DNA of 59,931 nt, the filler included. It is 7 parts of 7 records of this genome, joined end to end, with 100 filler letters (N's around TTAATTAATTAA, not from the genome) between each part and the next. Parts side by side here need not be neighbours in the genome. Positions count along the whole stretch, not along the records: positions 1 to 11,078 come from SRR31156797_23940; 6 more parts are not named here. One strand, written 5' to 3'. The notes under the pieces were generated by a model. The model did not search any database, had not been told where the DNA came from, and worked only from the letters and a program-made list of their open reading frames with translations. The position numbers were made by a program, and so were the translations under genes. This document shows positions 1-10,559 of the stretch, piece after piece; position 1 is the stretch's first letter; each line of letters starts with the position of its first letter.

Positions 1-151
1 CTGACGGATAAACCGCAGATGTTTATGATTTCAGTAATCGCACCCAAATGGTTAACTCGGATCTAAAAAATGGAAATATTTTGATGGTAAAAAAACAACC
101 TGTTTGACGAATTATTTTATTAGGTTTTCATAAAAACAATTCTGGAGTTTT

Positions 152-3100
152 ATGGTACAGGTAACGTCATATAAGGCAGGCTTGGATATCGGTTCCACAA
201 CTGCAAAGATTGCCCTGTTGGATTCCAGTGATACCCTTGTTTTTTCAAGCTACAAACGTCACCATGTGAAAATATACGCCACCATTAAATCCTTTTTACG
301 AGATCTGCTGGATCAAAAAGGCGATTGCCGTCTTACAATGAAGCTGACCGGATCAGCCGGTTTGGGGGTTTCAAAAAAACTCAACATTGCCTTTATACAG
401 GAAGTAATCGCCACCCATGAGTTCATAAAAAAAAAGTATGCAGACGTCAGAACTGCCATGGATATTGGCGGTGAAGATTCCAAAATTATTTTTTTGAACC
501 AGGATAAACCACCGGATATCCGCATGAACGGAAGCTGTGCCGGCGGGACAGGCAGTTTCATCGATCAGATGGCCGCTTTATTCAATATTACCCCGCTTGA
601 GTTGAATGATCTGGCAGAATTCTACGATCATATATATCCTGTGGCATCCAGGTGCGGTGTCTTTGCCAAAACAGATGTCCAGAACATGTTCAGCAGGAAC
701 ATTCCCCACAAAGATATTGCCGCCTCCATTTTTCATGCCGTTGCGGTTCAATGCGTCAATACCCTTGCCCGGGGAAAGGAGATAAAATCAAAGATATTGT
801 TGTGCGGGGGAGTATTAACCTTTCTGCCCCAACTTGTGAAAATGCTTTTAAAGGTATTGAACCTCTCTGATACCGATATCGTTATGCCTGAAAAATCTGA
901 ATTGATTCCGGCAATGGGAACTGCCCTGTTTGAAAAATCTCCGACCACGCCCATATCGGCCCTGCAGCTCATGGAACGGATCGATAAAGCGCTTGTGAAA
1001 ACAGAGTCTGCAAAGGATAGACTGGCTCCTTTGTTCAGGAGTCCCCGGCATTTTAGAGACTGGCAGAAAAAAGGGCGTACCATACCCATTAAAACAACGG
1101 CCATTGAGGCCTATAAAGGAAAAGATTGTTTTCTGGGGATTGATTCAGGTTCAACCACCACAAAAATAGTTATTGTCGGGAAACAAAAACAGGTCCTGTA
1201 TTCCTGGTATAAGGATAACAACGGGAATCCCGTCAAAACGGTAATTCAAGGATTGAGCGGGTTTAGAACAGAGTTGGAAAAATTCAATCCGGAACTGAGA
1301 ATTGTTCACAGTGCCGTGGCAGGATATGGTGAGGATCTCATCAAGGCTGCATTTAGTATCAACCAGGGTATTGTTGAAACCGTTGCCCATTATACTGCGG
1401 CTCGATTCATCGATCCCAAGGTCTCCTTTATCCTGGATATCGGCGGCCAGGATATGAAAGCCATTTTCATCGACCACGGGGTCATCAGCCGGGTTGAGCT
1501 TAATGAAGCCTGTTCTTCAGGGTGCGGTTCTTTTCTTTCCACACTTGCCAGTTCTCTAAGTTATAGTATTGAGGACTTTGCACACCTTGCCTGTCATTCA
1601 ACAGCGCCCTGTGATCTGGGTACCCGGTGCACCGTATTCATGAATTCAAAGATAAAGCAGGCTTTCCGGGAGAATGCATCTGTGGAAAATATCAGTGCGG
1701 GATTGTCCTGGTCTGTCATCAAAAATTGTCTTTTTAAAGTGCTCAAACTTCATACCATGTCTCAAATAGGGGACCATGTTGTATTACAGGGCGGTGCCTT
1801 TAAAAATGCGTCCATTGTCCGGGCCCTGGAACTGATGACAAAAAAATCTGTGAAATTATCCCAGGCCCCGGAACTCATGGGGGCATTTGGGGCAGCACTT
1901 TTTTCCCGGCAGACCCACAGGAAGGGTTCCGGGCATGGCACCGGTTTTTTCGAACTTGGGGATATAGAGACGGTTGAAAATTATGAAACAGACCAGGTTG
2001 CCTGTAACGGGTGTGAAAATACCTGCAGGGTCACCCGGTATCTGTTTCCCGGGGGAGGTCTCTTTTATTCAGGCAACAAGTGTGAAAAATATTTTTCAGC
2101 AAAAGGAGAGAGCAAACACAAGGCCTTTGATTTTATCACCTATAAAAATGATCTTATGTTCAATGGGAACTTCTCTCCCCATGATGATCCGGTCATGACC
2201 CTGGGGATACCCAGAGGCCTTAATTTTTATGAGAATTTTGTTTTCTGGCAGACCCTGTTTAACGGTTGCAGGATCAATGTCCGGCTCTCATCCCCCTCCA
2301 CTGTCAGCCTGGGAGAAAAGGGTATGGGAACCGTGATGGCGGATAATATCTGCTTTCCTGCCAAGCTGATGCACGGCCATATTTTTGACCTGGCTGAAAA
2401 AGGGGTGGACAGGATTTTTTATCCCATGGTGGTATATGAAAAAAAAGAGTTTGAACAAGCGTTGAACGCATACAACTGCCCCATTGTCACCGGATATCCA
2501 GATGTGATCGAAAGTGCTGTAAATCCGGGAAATCGGTTTGGTATCCCCCTGGACAAGCCCACGGTTACCTTTAATGATGAAGCCCTGTTGAGAAAAGCCT
2601 GTGTGGTCTACCTGAGTCGGTTTAATATCAGCAAGGCCACCATAAATAAAGCTTTTCATAATGCCCTTGCGGCACAGGCAAAGGTAAGGCACCAGATCCG
2701 GTCCATGGCATCAAGGATAATTAGTCAAGCCCAAAAAAACAATTCACTTCTTATTGTGCTGGCCGGAAGACCTTATCATACAGACGGTTTGATCAATCAC
2801 AAGATCCATGAAATTCTGTCAGGGCTTGGTGCCGAAATGATCACCGAGGATGCGCTTATACCTGAACAAGACGCCTTGGAGGATGTCCAGGTGGTGACCC
2901 AGTGGTCCTATCCCAACAGAATGTACGCCGCAGCAAAATGGGTGGCACGAAAACCAGAGAATTTTCAAATGGTCCAGTTGAATTCCTTTGGCTGCGGTCC
3001 GGATGCCGTGGTCATCGACGAGGTAAGACAAATTTTAAAGACAGGGCATAAGAACCATACCCTGATAAAAGTGGATGAGATCTCAAGTCCCGGGTCCGTA

Positions 3101-4399
3101 CGCTTAAGATTACGTTCAATGATAGGATCCCTGAAGGGGCAAAAAAGGATTTCAGACGCCGGGCATGTATCAAGGAAGCCCTTTGTACCTTTTTTAAAAC
3201 ACGATAAAAAAAGAACCATCTGGGCGCCATTTTTTTCACAGGACTATTCTGCGTATCTGCCGGCAATATTCAAAAATGCAGGATATGAGTTTGTTATCCT
3301 CCCAAAACCGGACCGGCAATCCGTCGATCTTGGGCTTCAATATACCAGCAATGATATCTGTTACCCAGGGACAATCCTCATTGGGGATATCATAAAAGCA
3401 CTTCAGAAAAAACAGTATCGTGCCGGGGATATCGCCATCGGGATTACCCAGACCTGGGGGCAGTGCCGCTCATCCAATTATCTCTCCCTGATCAGAAAGG
3501 CGATGGCTGGAGCGGGATTTGACGATATTCCCATCATTTCCGTTACTTCTTCCCAACGGGGACTGAATCAGCCCGGGTTTCACATCAATTGGTTGAGGAA
3601 AGTCCGGATATTGCTGGTAACTACCCTATTTGCCGACTGTATTGCAAAAATGTACTACGCAACCCTTCCCCGGGAAAAAACAAAGGGCCTGAGCCAGAGG
3701 GTAAGACAGCACTATATGAAAAGGGTAGGCAGCTATATTGTTTCAAATAATTATTCCGGGATTTTCAGGCTGCTGGATAAAGCAATCAATGAGTTTAACC
3801 AAATACCGGTACACAAAAGGGACCTGCCGAGAATGGGAATTGTGGGAGAGATCTATGTGAAATACAACTACTTTTCAAATCAGCATCTGGTTCACTGGCT
3901 GGCCAGCCAGGGTATTGAACCTGTGCTGCCCCCCATTGTGGACTATTTTATTCAGGATCTTGTTAATTATAAAATAAATATCAAGGCAAATATACGGCAC
4001 AGGAAATTAACGGATATCATCGGCATTGGCCTTGAGCGCCTTGTCATGACAACCCATACCAAATTCAACACATTATTTTCAAAATTCAGATATGGCCTGC
4101 CCTTTGAGGATATCAATGCGGTGGCGCAGCAAGCCTCTAAGATCCTTAGTCTGACCCATCAATTCGGAGAAGGGTGGCTTGTTCCGGGGGAAATTGCCAT
4201 GTTTGCAGGGCATGGCATCCGCCATGTCATCAGCCTGCAGCCCTTTGGCTGTATTGCCAATCATGTTATTTCCAAAGGAGTGGAAAACAAAATTGCGGCG
4301 CTGTATCCTGAAATAAATCTCTATTCCCTGGATTTTGATGCGGGCACGAGTGAGGCCAATCTGCGAAACCGGCTGCATTTTATGATTGATCCTTTATAA
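152..4399 (+). CDS. Acyl-CoA dehydratase activase-related multidomain protein (two BadF/BcrAD ASKHA ATPase domains + DUF2229/dehydratase-like C-terminal domains)
   Basis: 1415-aa ORF. Two activase modules (GLDIGSTTAK..DIGGED..CAGGTG..SRCGVFAK and GIDSGSTTTK..DIGGQD..CSSGCGS..TRCTVF), a CxGCxNxC cluster, then ICFPAK, NCP, SFGCGPD, CYP, GQCR, PFGC motifs. Confidence 0.9.
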   Translation: MVQVTSYKAGLDIGSTTAKIALLDSSDTLVFSSYKRHHVKIYATIKSFLRDLLDQKGDCRLTMKLTGSAGLGVSKKLNIAFIQEVIATHEFIKKKYADVRTAMDIGGEDSKIIFLNQDKPPDIRMNGSCAGGTGSFIDQMAALFNITPLELNDLAEFYDHIYPVASRCGVFAKTDVQNMFSRNIPHKDIAASIFHAVAVQCVNTLARGKEIKSKILLCGGVLTFLPQLVKMLLKVLNLSDTDIVMPEKSELIPAMGTALFEKSPTTPISALQLMERIDKALVKTESAKDRLAPLFRSPRHFRDWQKKGRTIPIKTTAIEAYKGKDCFLGIDSGSTTTKIVIVGKQKQVLYSWYKDNNGNPVKTVIQGLSGFRTELEKFNPELRIVHSAVAGYGEDLIKAAFSINQGIVETVAHYTAARFIDPKVSFILDIGGQDMKAIFIDHGVISRVELNEACSSGCGSFLSTLASSLSYSIEDFAHLACHSTAPCDLGTRCTVFMNSKIKQAFRENASVENISAGLSWSVIKNCLFKVLKLHTMSQIGDHVVLQGGAFKNASIVRALELMTKKSVKLSQAPELMGAFGAALFSRQTHRKGSGHGTGFFELGDIETVENYETDQVACNGCENTCRVTRYLFPGGGLFYSGNKCEKYFSAKGESKHKAFDFITYKNDLMFNGNFSPHDDPVMTLGIPRGLNFYENFVFWQTLFNGCRINVRLSSPSTVSLGEKGMGTVMADNICFPAKLMHGHIFDLAEKGVDRIFYPMVVYEKKEFEQALNAYNCPIVTGYPDVIESAVNPGNRFGIPLDKPTVTFNDEALLRKACVVYLSRFNISKATINKAFHNALAAQAKVRHQIRSMASRIISQAQKNNSLLIVLAGRPYHTDGLINHKIHEILSGLGAEMITEDALIPEQDALEDVQVVTQWSYPNRMYAAAKWVARKPENFQMVQLNSFGCGPDAVVIDEVRQILKTGHKNHTLIKVDEISSPGSVRLRLRSMIGSLKGQKRISDAGHVSRKPFVPFLKHDKKRTIWAPFFSQDYSAYLPAIFKNAGYEFVILPKPDRQSVDLGLQYTSNDICYPGTILIGDIIKALQKKQYRAGDIAIGITQTWGQCRSSNYLSLIRKAMAGAGFDDIPIISVTSSQRGLNQPGFHINWLRKVRILLVTTLFADCIAKMYYATLPREKTKGLSQRVRQHYMKRVGSYIVSNNYSGIFRLLDKAINEFNQIPVHKRDLPRMGIVGEIYVKYNYFSNQHLVHWLASQGIEPVLPPIVDYFIQDLVNYKINIKANIRHRKLTDIIGIGLERLVMTTHTKFNTLFSKFRYGLPFEDINAVAQQASKILSLTHQFGEGWLVPGEIAMFAGHGIRHVISLQPFGCIANHVISKGVENKIAALYPEINLYSLDFDAGTSEANLRNRLHFMIDPL

Positions 4400-4417
4400 G
4401 GTTTGGATCATTGCCAT

Positions 4418-4441
4418 TGCGCTGGACCCCAGTGTCAAGAC
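4418..4441. mobile_element. Possible solo IS3-family terminal inverted repeat remnant
   Basis: TGCGCTGGACCCCAGTGTCAAGAC starts with TG and resembles, from memory, IS3-type ends (reverse complement GTCTTGACACTGGGGTCCAGCGCA). No transposase or partner end is visible. Confidence 0.25.
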
Positions 4442-4684
4442 GGTTTTTCATTCAATTTAAGCGTCATCGTTTAAATTTTCCCGGACAACCAGCGGAAGTG
4501 AAAACCAGGCCCTGAGAATGGGCACCTCAAACACTGCCCGTCGGAAGGGGGTGGGCCCCGGGGTCTGCGGCAGGGAATTAGCATACGGTTTTCCTAACCC
4601 TTCCCCATCGTCTTTTGTTCTGTTATATTAACCATATAGCTCATAACCACCTGTTCTTTTAATATAAACCTATGGAGCGGGGCA

Positions 4685-5401
4685 ATGGGAAAGCACACGG
4701 TTATTTTCCTGTCTTTAATTTTTGCATGGTGTTTATCTGCGCCTGTGTCTGCAAAAACGGAACAAGACTATGCCCGGTTGCGCCGCACCATGGTTGCCCT
4801 TCAGATCAAAGACCGGGGAATTAAAAACGAGGCTGTATTGGCCGCAATGGAAGCCGTCCCCCGGCATGCCTTCGTTCCCCGGGATATGACAGCTTATGCA
4901 TACCGGGACAGACCGCTTTCCATCGGGTTCGGCCAGACCATTTCCCAACCCTATATTGTTGCCCTGATGACGGAGCTTCTACGCCTTAATAAAGATGCAA
5001 AAGTCCTGGAGGTCGGAACCGGTTCCGGGTATCAGGCAGCGGTTCTGGCCGAAATCGTTCAGGCCGTTTATTCCGTTGAAATCGTCCAGCCCCTTCACCA
5101 GCGTTCAACCAAAACCCATAAGGCCCTCGGATATGAGAATATTTTTACCGAATATGCCGACGGTTACCATGGGTGGAAGGAATACGGTCCCTATGATGCA
5201 ATCATTGTTACCTGTGCATCTGAATTCATCCCTCCCCCCCTGATCGACCAGCTTAAGCCGGGGGGAAGAATGTGCATCCCTGTGGGCCCCCCGTTCAAGG
5301 TGCAGCATCTGGTTCTCATTGAAAAAGGCAGAGATAAAAAACTGAGAACACGGATCGTCGGCTCGGTACGCTTCGTCCCCCTGGTCAGGGGTGAAAACTA
5401 A
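4685..5401 (+). CDS. pcm: Protein-L-isoaspartate(D-aspartate) O-methyltransferase with N-terminal signal-peptide-like sequence
   Basis: VPRHAFV, GQTISQPYIVALM, VLEVGTGSGYQAA, GPYDAIIVT, QLKPGGRM, VRFVPL motifs. GGAG RBS upstream. Confidence 0.95.
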   Translation: MGKHTVIFLSLIFAWCLSAPVSAKTEQDYARLRRTMVALQIKDRGIKNEAVLAAMEAVPRHAFVPRDMTAYAYRDRPLSIGFGQTISQPYIVALMTELLRLNKDAKVLEVGTGSGYQAAVLAEIVQAVYSVEIVQPLHQRSTKTHKALGYENIFTEYADGYHGWKEYGPYDAIIVTCASEFIPPPLIDQLKPGGRMCIPVGPPFKVQHLVLIEKGRDKKLRTRIVGSVRFVPLVRGEN

Positions 5402-5403
5402 AG

Positions 5404-7815
5404 GTGTGGCCGCCAGTATCCATTCCCCTTGTTGTCTTTTTTACCTCCTTTTCCATCCTGGCCTATGAAATAAACTTTATCCGGGTATTTGCCTTTTCCC
5501 AGTGGCACAATCTCTCAGCGCTTATCATCACCATGGCCCTTCTGGGGTTCGGAACCAGCGGTGCTGCCATCGCTGTCATCAGAAAAAAAATTGATGCAGC
5601 CCCCTTAAAATACTTCCAGGCGGCCGTCCTGTTTTTCCCGATACTCCTGTGCATTGGGTTCATTATCTCTGCACAGCTTGATTTCAACCCCTATGAAATG
5701 AATTTTGATCTTAAACAGGCCGTGTATATGTTTGCCTATTTCGCCCTCATGGGGGCGGGTTTTTTCCTGGGGGCAGGCATTATCTGCCTGGCATTGATGA
5801 CAAACACTATTGCCACGACCTATTTTATAAACCTGATCGGTTCTGCCTCTGGTGTTATTTTTGTGCTCGTCATCTCGTTTTTCCTGCATCCCTACGATGC
5901 CATGGCCGCAGTCATCCTGATTTCCCTTATTCCCGCCTGTATACTTTGCCGGGGCGGAAGCCTTAAATTCAAGTATAGGGCAGGCATCACCCTGGTTTTG
6001 ACGATCACTGCAGTGGCCCTGTCTTTCAGGTTTTTAGGTTTAAAACAGGTATCCCCGTACAAACCCGTCTCCACCGCCCTTACCCTTCCCGATGCCGGAA
6101 TAATTCATGAAGCATACTCCCCCCTGGGCGTTGTTCAAGTCGTTCAGGCAAAAGGACTCCGCTCCACTTCAGGCTTAAGCCTTGTCTCCCCATTCCAGGT
6201 GCCGGTCCAGAAGGTTATTTTTTTTAACGGGGAAGGGGGCAGTCCCATCACTCCGTACCGGGGCCGCACAGGGGATATCGGCTACCTGCAGTTCCTGACA
6301 TCCTATCTGCCCTTTCATCTGTCCGATACCGGGTCAACCGCCCTGATCATCGGTTCCGGCGGCGGAGAATCCGTCCTCAAGGCTGTTTTATCGAACTTTA
6401 AGCGTATTGATGCACTGGAGGCCAACCCCAATGTAATTGATCTGATGAAAAACCAATTTGCATTGTTTTCAGGCGGGCTCTACACCCTTGACAGGGTGAC
6501 CCCCGTCAACCGTGAAGCCAGAAACTTTATCCGGTCCACCCGGAACCGTTATGACCTGATCGAATTATCACTGGTTGACGCCTATAACGCAGCAGCATCG
6601 GGCGTGTACGGACTCAATGAGAGCTACCTTTATACGGTTGAATCCATAAAGGATTATATCCGCTGCCTGACAAAAGAGGGGATGCTCGCGCTGACCCGGT
6701 GGATGGTCACCCCTGCCAGGGATAACCTGAAGCTGTTCAATATCGTCATTACGGCCTTAAAAGAGATGGGAGTTGAGACCCCTGGAAACCACCTCATTGC
6801 AATTAGATCTCTCCAGACCCTGACCCTTGTCGTGATGAAACAAGAGATCTCTGCCGATGTGGTGGACCGTACCCTGGACTTTGCCGAAAAAAGGCTATTT
6901 GATATTGTCTACCATCCGGGAATGAGCGGGGCACAGGCAAACCGGCATATCCAGCTTAAAACACCTGTTTATTATAACGGCATACAAACCCTTCTGGGCC
7001 GGGATGCCCGGTCTTTTATCAAAGGCTGTGAATTCGACATCCGGACCGCCACGGACAACCGGCCTTATTTTTATAATTTTTTCAAACCCGGGGTTATTCG
7101 CCTCATCCGTGTCTTTGGACCATCCCAGGTTCCGGTGACAGAGTGGGGCTATCTGCTGCTGATTATCATTCTGATTCCAGTCCTGCTCATCAGTTTCCTG
7201 TGTATTCTCCTGCCCCTTTTTATCTTTAAACGCCGACCCGGTAAAAAGGATGCCGACCTGTTTCTGTATTTTTCCTTGATCGGGGCAGGCTTTTTCTTCG
7301 TTGAAATGCCTCTGATTCAAAAGATGACCCTGTTCCTGGGGCAGCCCATCTTTGCCGTATCGGCAATTATAGCAGCACTGCTCGTATTCAGCGGTCTGGG
7401 CAGTTATCTTTCCGGCACCATTTTTCCTCAACGGACAAGAATACTCACCGCAACTGTGCTTACCGCAATCCTCACCTGGACTTATGCCCTGTTCATGGAC
7501 CAGATCTTCCGGGAATGTATCGGACTTGAATTCAGCCGCCGGCTCTTGCTTACATTCCTGATGACAGCCCCCTTAGGCTTTTTCATGGGCATTCCTTTCC
7601 CTGCAGGTCTTGGGCTTCTGAAAAATCAAAAATCCTTTTTGGTTCCCTGGGCTTGGGGAATAAACGGCTTTTTTTCCGTGATCAGTATTCTCCTTGCCAC
7701 ACTCATGGCCGTAATCTTCGGCTTTACGTCCGTTTTAACGGCGGCCGGCCTTTTTTATCTTTCAGCCGGTATTATTTCACTGAACCTGGGGAAACAGAGC
7801 GCTGTGTTTATGTAA
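5404..7815 (+). CDS. Polytopic membrane protein with central spermidine-synthase-like SAM-binding domain
   Basis: GTG start 2 nt after the pcm stop. Hydrophobic N- and C-terminal blocks, central LIIGSGGG...LEAN...EARNF...YDLI class I methyltransferase motifs, TDNRPYF, GFFMGIPFP, WAWGING. Confidence 0.8.
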   Translation: MWPPVSIPLVVFFTSFSILAYEINFIRVFAFSQWHNLSALIITMALLGFGTSGAAIAVIRKKIDAAPLKYFQAAVLFFPILLCIGFIISAQLDFNPYEMNFDLKQAVYMFAYFALMGAGFFLGAGIICLALMTNTIATTYFINLIGSASGVIFVLVISFFLHPYDAMAAVILISLIPACILCRGGSLKFKYRAGITLVLTITAVALSFRFLGLKQVSPYKPVSTALTLPDAGIIHEAYSPLGVVQVVQAKGLRSTSGLSLVSPFQVPVQKVIFFNGEGGSPITPYRGRTGDIGYLQFLTSYLPFHLSDTGSTALIIGSGGGESVLKAVLSNFKRIDALEANPNVIDLMKNQFALFSGGLYTLDRVTPVNREARNFIRSTRNRYDLIELSLVDAYNAAASGVYGLNESYLYTVESIKDYIRCLTKEGMLALTRWMVTPARDNLKLFNIVITALKEMGVETPGNHLIAIRSLQTLTLVVMKQEISADVVDRTLDFAEKRLFDIVYHPGMSGAQANRHIQLKTPVYYNGIQTLLGRDARSFIKGCEFDIRTATDNRPYFYNFFKPGVIRLIRVFGPSQVPVTEWGYLLLIIILIPVLLISFLCILLPLFIFKRRPGKKDADLFLYFSLIGAGFFFVEMPLIQKMTLFLGQPIFAVSAIIAALLVFSGLGSYLSGTIFPQRTRILTATVLTAILTWTYALFMDQIFRECIGLEFSRRLLLTFLMTAPLGFFMGIPFPAGLGLLKNQKSFLVPWAWGINGFFSVISILLATLMAVIFGFTSVLTAAGLFYLSAGIISLNLGKQSAVFM

Positions 7816-7823
7816 ATCTCCTG

Positions 7824-10559
7824 TTATCCCTTCCTCCTCGTCCCGATGGCGGCATGGGCCGCAGCCAGTCGCGCAATGGGTACCCTGAACGGTGAACAGG
7901 ATACATATGTCAGATTCAATTCATGGCAGAGGTGGATGGAATTGGGCTCACCGCCATGTTCGCCGCAGATACCGCATTCAAGGTCGGGTTTTACTGAACG
8001 GCCTTTTTTTACGGCCATATCCACCAGACTGCCGACACCCTCCCTGTCCAGGATTTCAAATGGATTTTCCGGAAGAATCCCGGACTCCATATAGGCAACA
8101 AGAAACCCGGCCTCGGCATCGTCCCTGGAGATCCCGTATGTCGTCTGTGTCAAATCGTTGGTCCCAAAGGAAAAGAACTGGGCATGGGCTGCAATCCTGT
8201 CGGCGGTCAGGGCTGCCCTGGGAAGCTCTATCATCGTGCCGAAGGAGTAATTCACCTGAATCCCCTGCTCTTCCATGACCTGTCGAGCCTCTTTCTCAAG
8301 GTGAGTTCTCTGCCGTTTCAATTCATTTTCATGGCTGGTAAGGGGGATCATGATTTTGGGTTTAACAGATTTCCCCTCCCCGGCCACCATACAGGCAGCC
8401 TCAAATATCGCCCTGACCTGCATGGTCGTCAGCTCCGGAATATATATGCCAAGCCGGACCCCGCGAAGCCCCAGCATGGGGTTTGACTCTTTCAGAGCCT
8501 CTACCCGTTTGCACAGTTTCTCCTTTGCCCGGATCTCTTTGAGCAGTTCATCCAGCGCCGTTAATCCTGATGCCTCCCTGAGCTTGAGTTTGAGGTCGGA
8601 CAGGTCTTTTAGCAATTGGATGTGATCGGGTAAAAATTCATGGAGGGGCGGATCTATCAACCTGATGACAACGGACTTTCCCTCCATTACCCTGAAAAGC
8701 CCTGCAAAGTCTTCACGCTGAAAGGGAAGAAGGGCATCCAGGGATTCCCGGCGTTCAAGTGGGAAATCCGTCATGATCATTTTTCTGAAATGGGGAAGCC
8801 TCTCGGTTTCGAAAAACATATGTTCGGACCGGCAGAGCCCGATCCCTTCGGCGCCGTACTCCAATGCCCTCCGGGCATCCTCTGGGTAATCCGCGTTGGC
8901 CCACACGCCGAGCTGTCTGTAATTGTCTGCCCAGGAGAGCAGCCTGATCAGCCATGGATCCCTGATATCGGGCACCATTGTTTCCACCTTTCCAAGATAA
9001 ATTTTTCCGGAGCTGCCGTCTACGGACACCCAGTCTCCTTCATCAATCCCGACCCCGTTGACTTCCATGCTGCGGCAGCTCATATCTATCTGCAGTTGAG
9101 ACACCCCCACCACAGCCGGTTTTCCGAACTGGCGTGCCACAAGAGCGGCATGGCTTGTCCTCCCCCCCCTGCTCGTAAGGATGCCTTCTGATGCCAGCAT
9201 CCCGTGGACGTCCTCCGGCTTGGTTTCGGGCCTTACCATGATGACACGCTTTTCTTCATTTATTGCCCAGGCCTCTGCCATATCCGCATCAAAGGCGACC
9301 TGCCCTACGGCGGCACCGGGTGAGACATTCAATCCGGACGCCAATAATCTGCCTGCCTGCTCCGCCTGTTTCAAGGCAGCCGAATCAAACTGGGGGTGGA
9401 GAAAAAAATCAACCTGTTCCGGAGTCACCCGCATCACGGCCTCCTCCATGGTGATCATCTCTTCGTCAGCCATTTCAACCGCGATGCGGACAGCCGCCTG
9501 GGCCGTCCGTTTTCCGTCCCGGGTCTGGAGCATCCACAGCTTGCCCTTTTCTATGGTAAATTCAACATCCTGCATCTCCCTGTAGTGATTTTCCAGAATT
9601 TTAGTGATCCGTTCAAACTCGGCATAGGCCTCGGGCATCTCTTTGGCCAGATGTCTCAGATCCTTTGTCAGACGGATACCTGCCACCACATCTTCCCCCT
9701 GGGCATTGATCAGGTAGTCCCCTTCGATCTGCCGTTCACCAGTGGTGCCGTTCCGTGTCAGGGCAACGCCGGTGGCTGAATTTTCCCCGATATTCCCAAA
9801 GACCATGGCCTGAACATTTACTGCCGTGCCCATATTATGGGGTATCCCTGCTGCGTTGCGGTAATCAACCGCCCTTTTTCCGTTCCAGCTTTTAAATACG
9901 GCTTCAACTGCCATTTTAAGCTGTTCAAGGGGATCTTGAGGGAAATGCTGCCGGGCCTGCCTGCTGAATACCTGTTTAAATTTTTCACAGACACCTTTCC
10001 AGTGATCTGCCGCCAAATCAGTATCTTTTGCAACGCCTGCAGCGTCACAGCTCTTTGCAATAATCTCTTCAAACAGATGGCTGTTAATTCCTGAGACCAC
10101 GCTTCCGTACATCTGTATGAGCCTTCTGTACGCATCATAGACAAATCGCTCATCCCCGGTGTCAACAGCCAGTTGTTCAACAATTCGATCATTGAGACCG
10201 ATGTTCAGGACGGTATCCATCATCCCCGGCATGGAAAATTTGCCGCCGGACCTGCAGGAGACAAGAAGGGGAGCGTTAATGGCCCCCAGTTTTTTATTGA
10301 TCCGCTCTTCCATTCGGGTCAACCCTTTCTCCACCTGCTCCCACATCAGGTCCGGAAAAACACCTCCGGAATCAAGATAGGCAATGCACGCCCCGGTGGT
10401 TATGGTGAAGCCCGGTGGTACGGGGATGTCCAGACGGGTCATCTCCCCCAGATTGGCCCCCTTCCCGCCAAGAAGTTCCCGGACCTCTTCCCGGCTGCCG
10501 CCGGCATCTTTTCTGGCTTGATCAATCTCATCAAATAGATACACCCATTGATTGGACAT
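7824..10559 (-). CDS. ppdK: Pyruvate, phosphate dikinase
   Basis: LGGKGANL, SMPGMMDT, GEDVVAG, GGRTSHAA (phospho-His), SFGTNDLTQ, GICGEHGG. Start placed at MSNQW, behind GGAGGG. Confidence 0.97.
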   Translation of the reverse strand: MSNQWVYLFDEIDQARKDAGGSREEVRELLGGKGANLGEMTRLDIPVPPGFTITTGACIAYLDSGGVFPDLMWEQVEKGLTRMEERINKKLGAINAPLLVSCRSGGKFSMPGMMDTVLNIGLNDRIVEQLAVDTGDERFVYDAYRRLIQMYGSVVSGINSHLFEEIIAKSCDAAGVAKDTDLAADHWKGVCEKFKQVFSRQARQHFPQDPLEQLKMAVEAVFKSWNGKRAVDYRNAAGIPHNMGTAVNVQAMVFGNIGENSATGVALTRNGTTGERQIEGDYLINAQGEDVVAGIRLTKDLRHLAKEMPEAYAEFERITKILENHYREMQDVEFTIEKGKLWMLQTRDGKRTAQAAVRIAVEMADEEMITMEEAVMRVTPEQVDFFLHPQFDSAALKQAEQAGRLLASGLNVSPGAAVGQVAFDADMAEAWAINEEKRVIMVRPETKPEDVHGMLASEGILTSRGGRTSHAALVARQFGKPAVVGVSQLQIDMSCRSMEVNGVGIDEGDWVSVDGSSGKIYLGKVETMVPDIRDPWLIRLLSWADNYRQLGVWANADYPEDARRALEYGAEGIGLCRSEHMFFETERLPHFRKMIMTDFPLERRESLDALLPFQREDFAGLFRVMEGKSVVIRLIDPPLHEFLPDHIQLLKDLSDLKLKLREASGLTALDELLKEIRAKEKLCKRVEALKESNPMLGLRGVRLGIYIPELTTMQVRAIFEAACMVAGEGKSVKPKIMIPLTSHENELKRQRTHLEKEARQVMEEQGIQVNYSFGTMIELPRAALTADRIAAHAQFFSFGTNDLTQTTYGISRDDAEAGFLVAYMESGILPENPFEILDREGVGSLVDMAVKKGRSVKPDLECGICGEHGGEPNSIHLCHELNLTYVSCSPFRVPIARLAAAHAAIGTRRKG

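Noticed and set aside
7846-10538. Many antisense ORFs over ppdK, and similar ones over leuA, the activator and the acyl-CoA synthetase
   Set aside because: Shadow frames of well-supported genes, with no motifs or RBS support.
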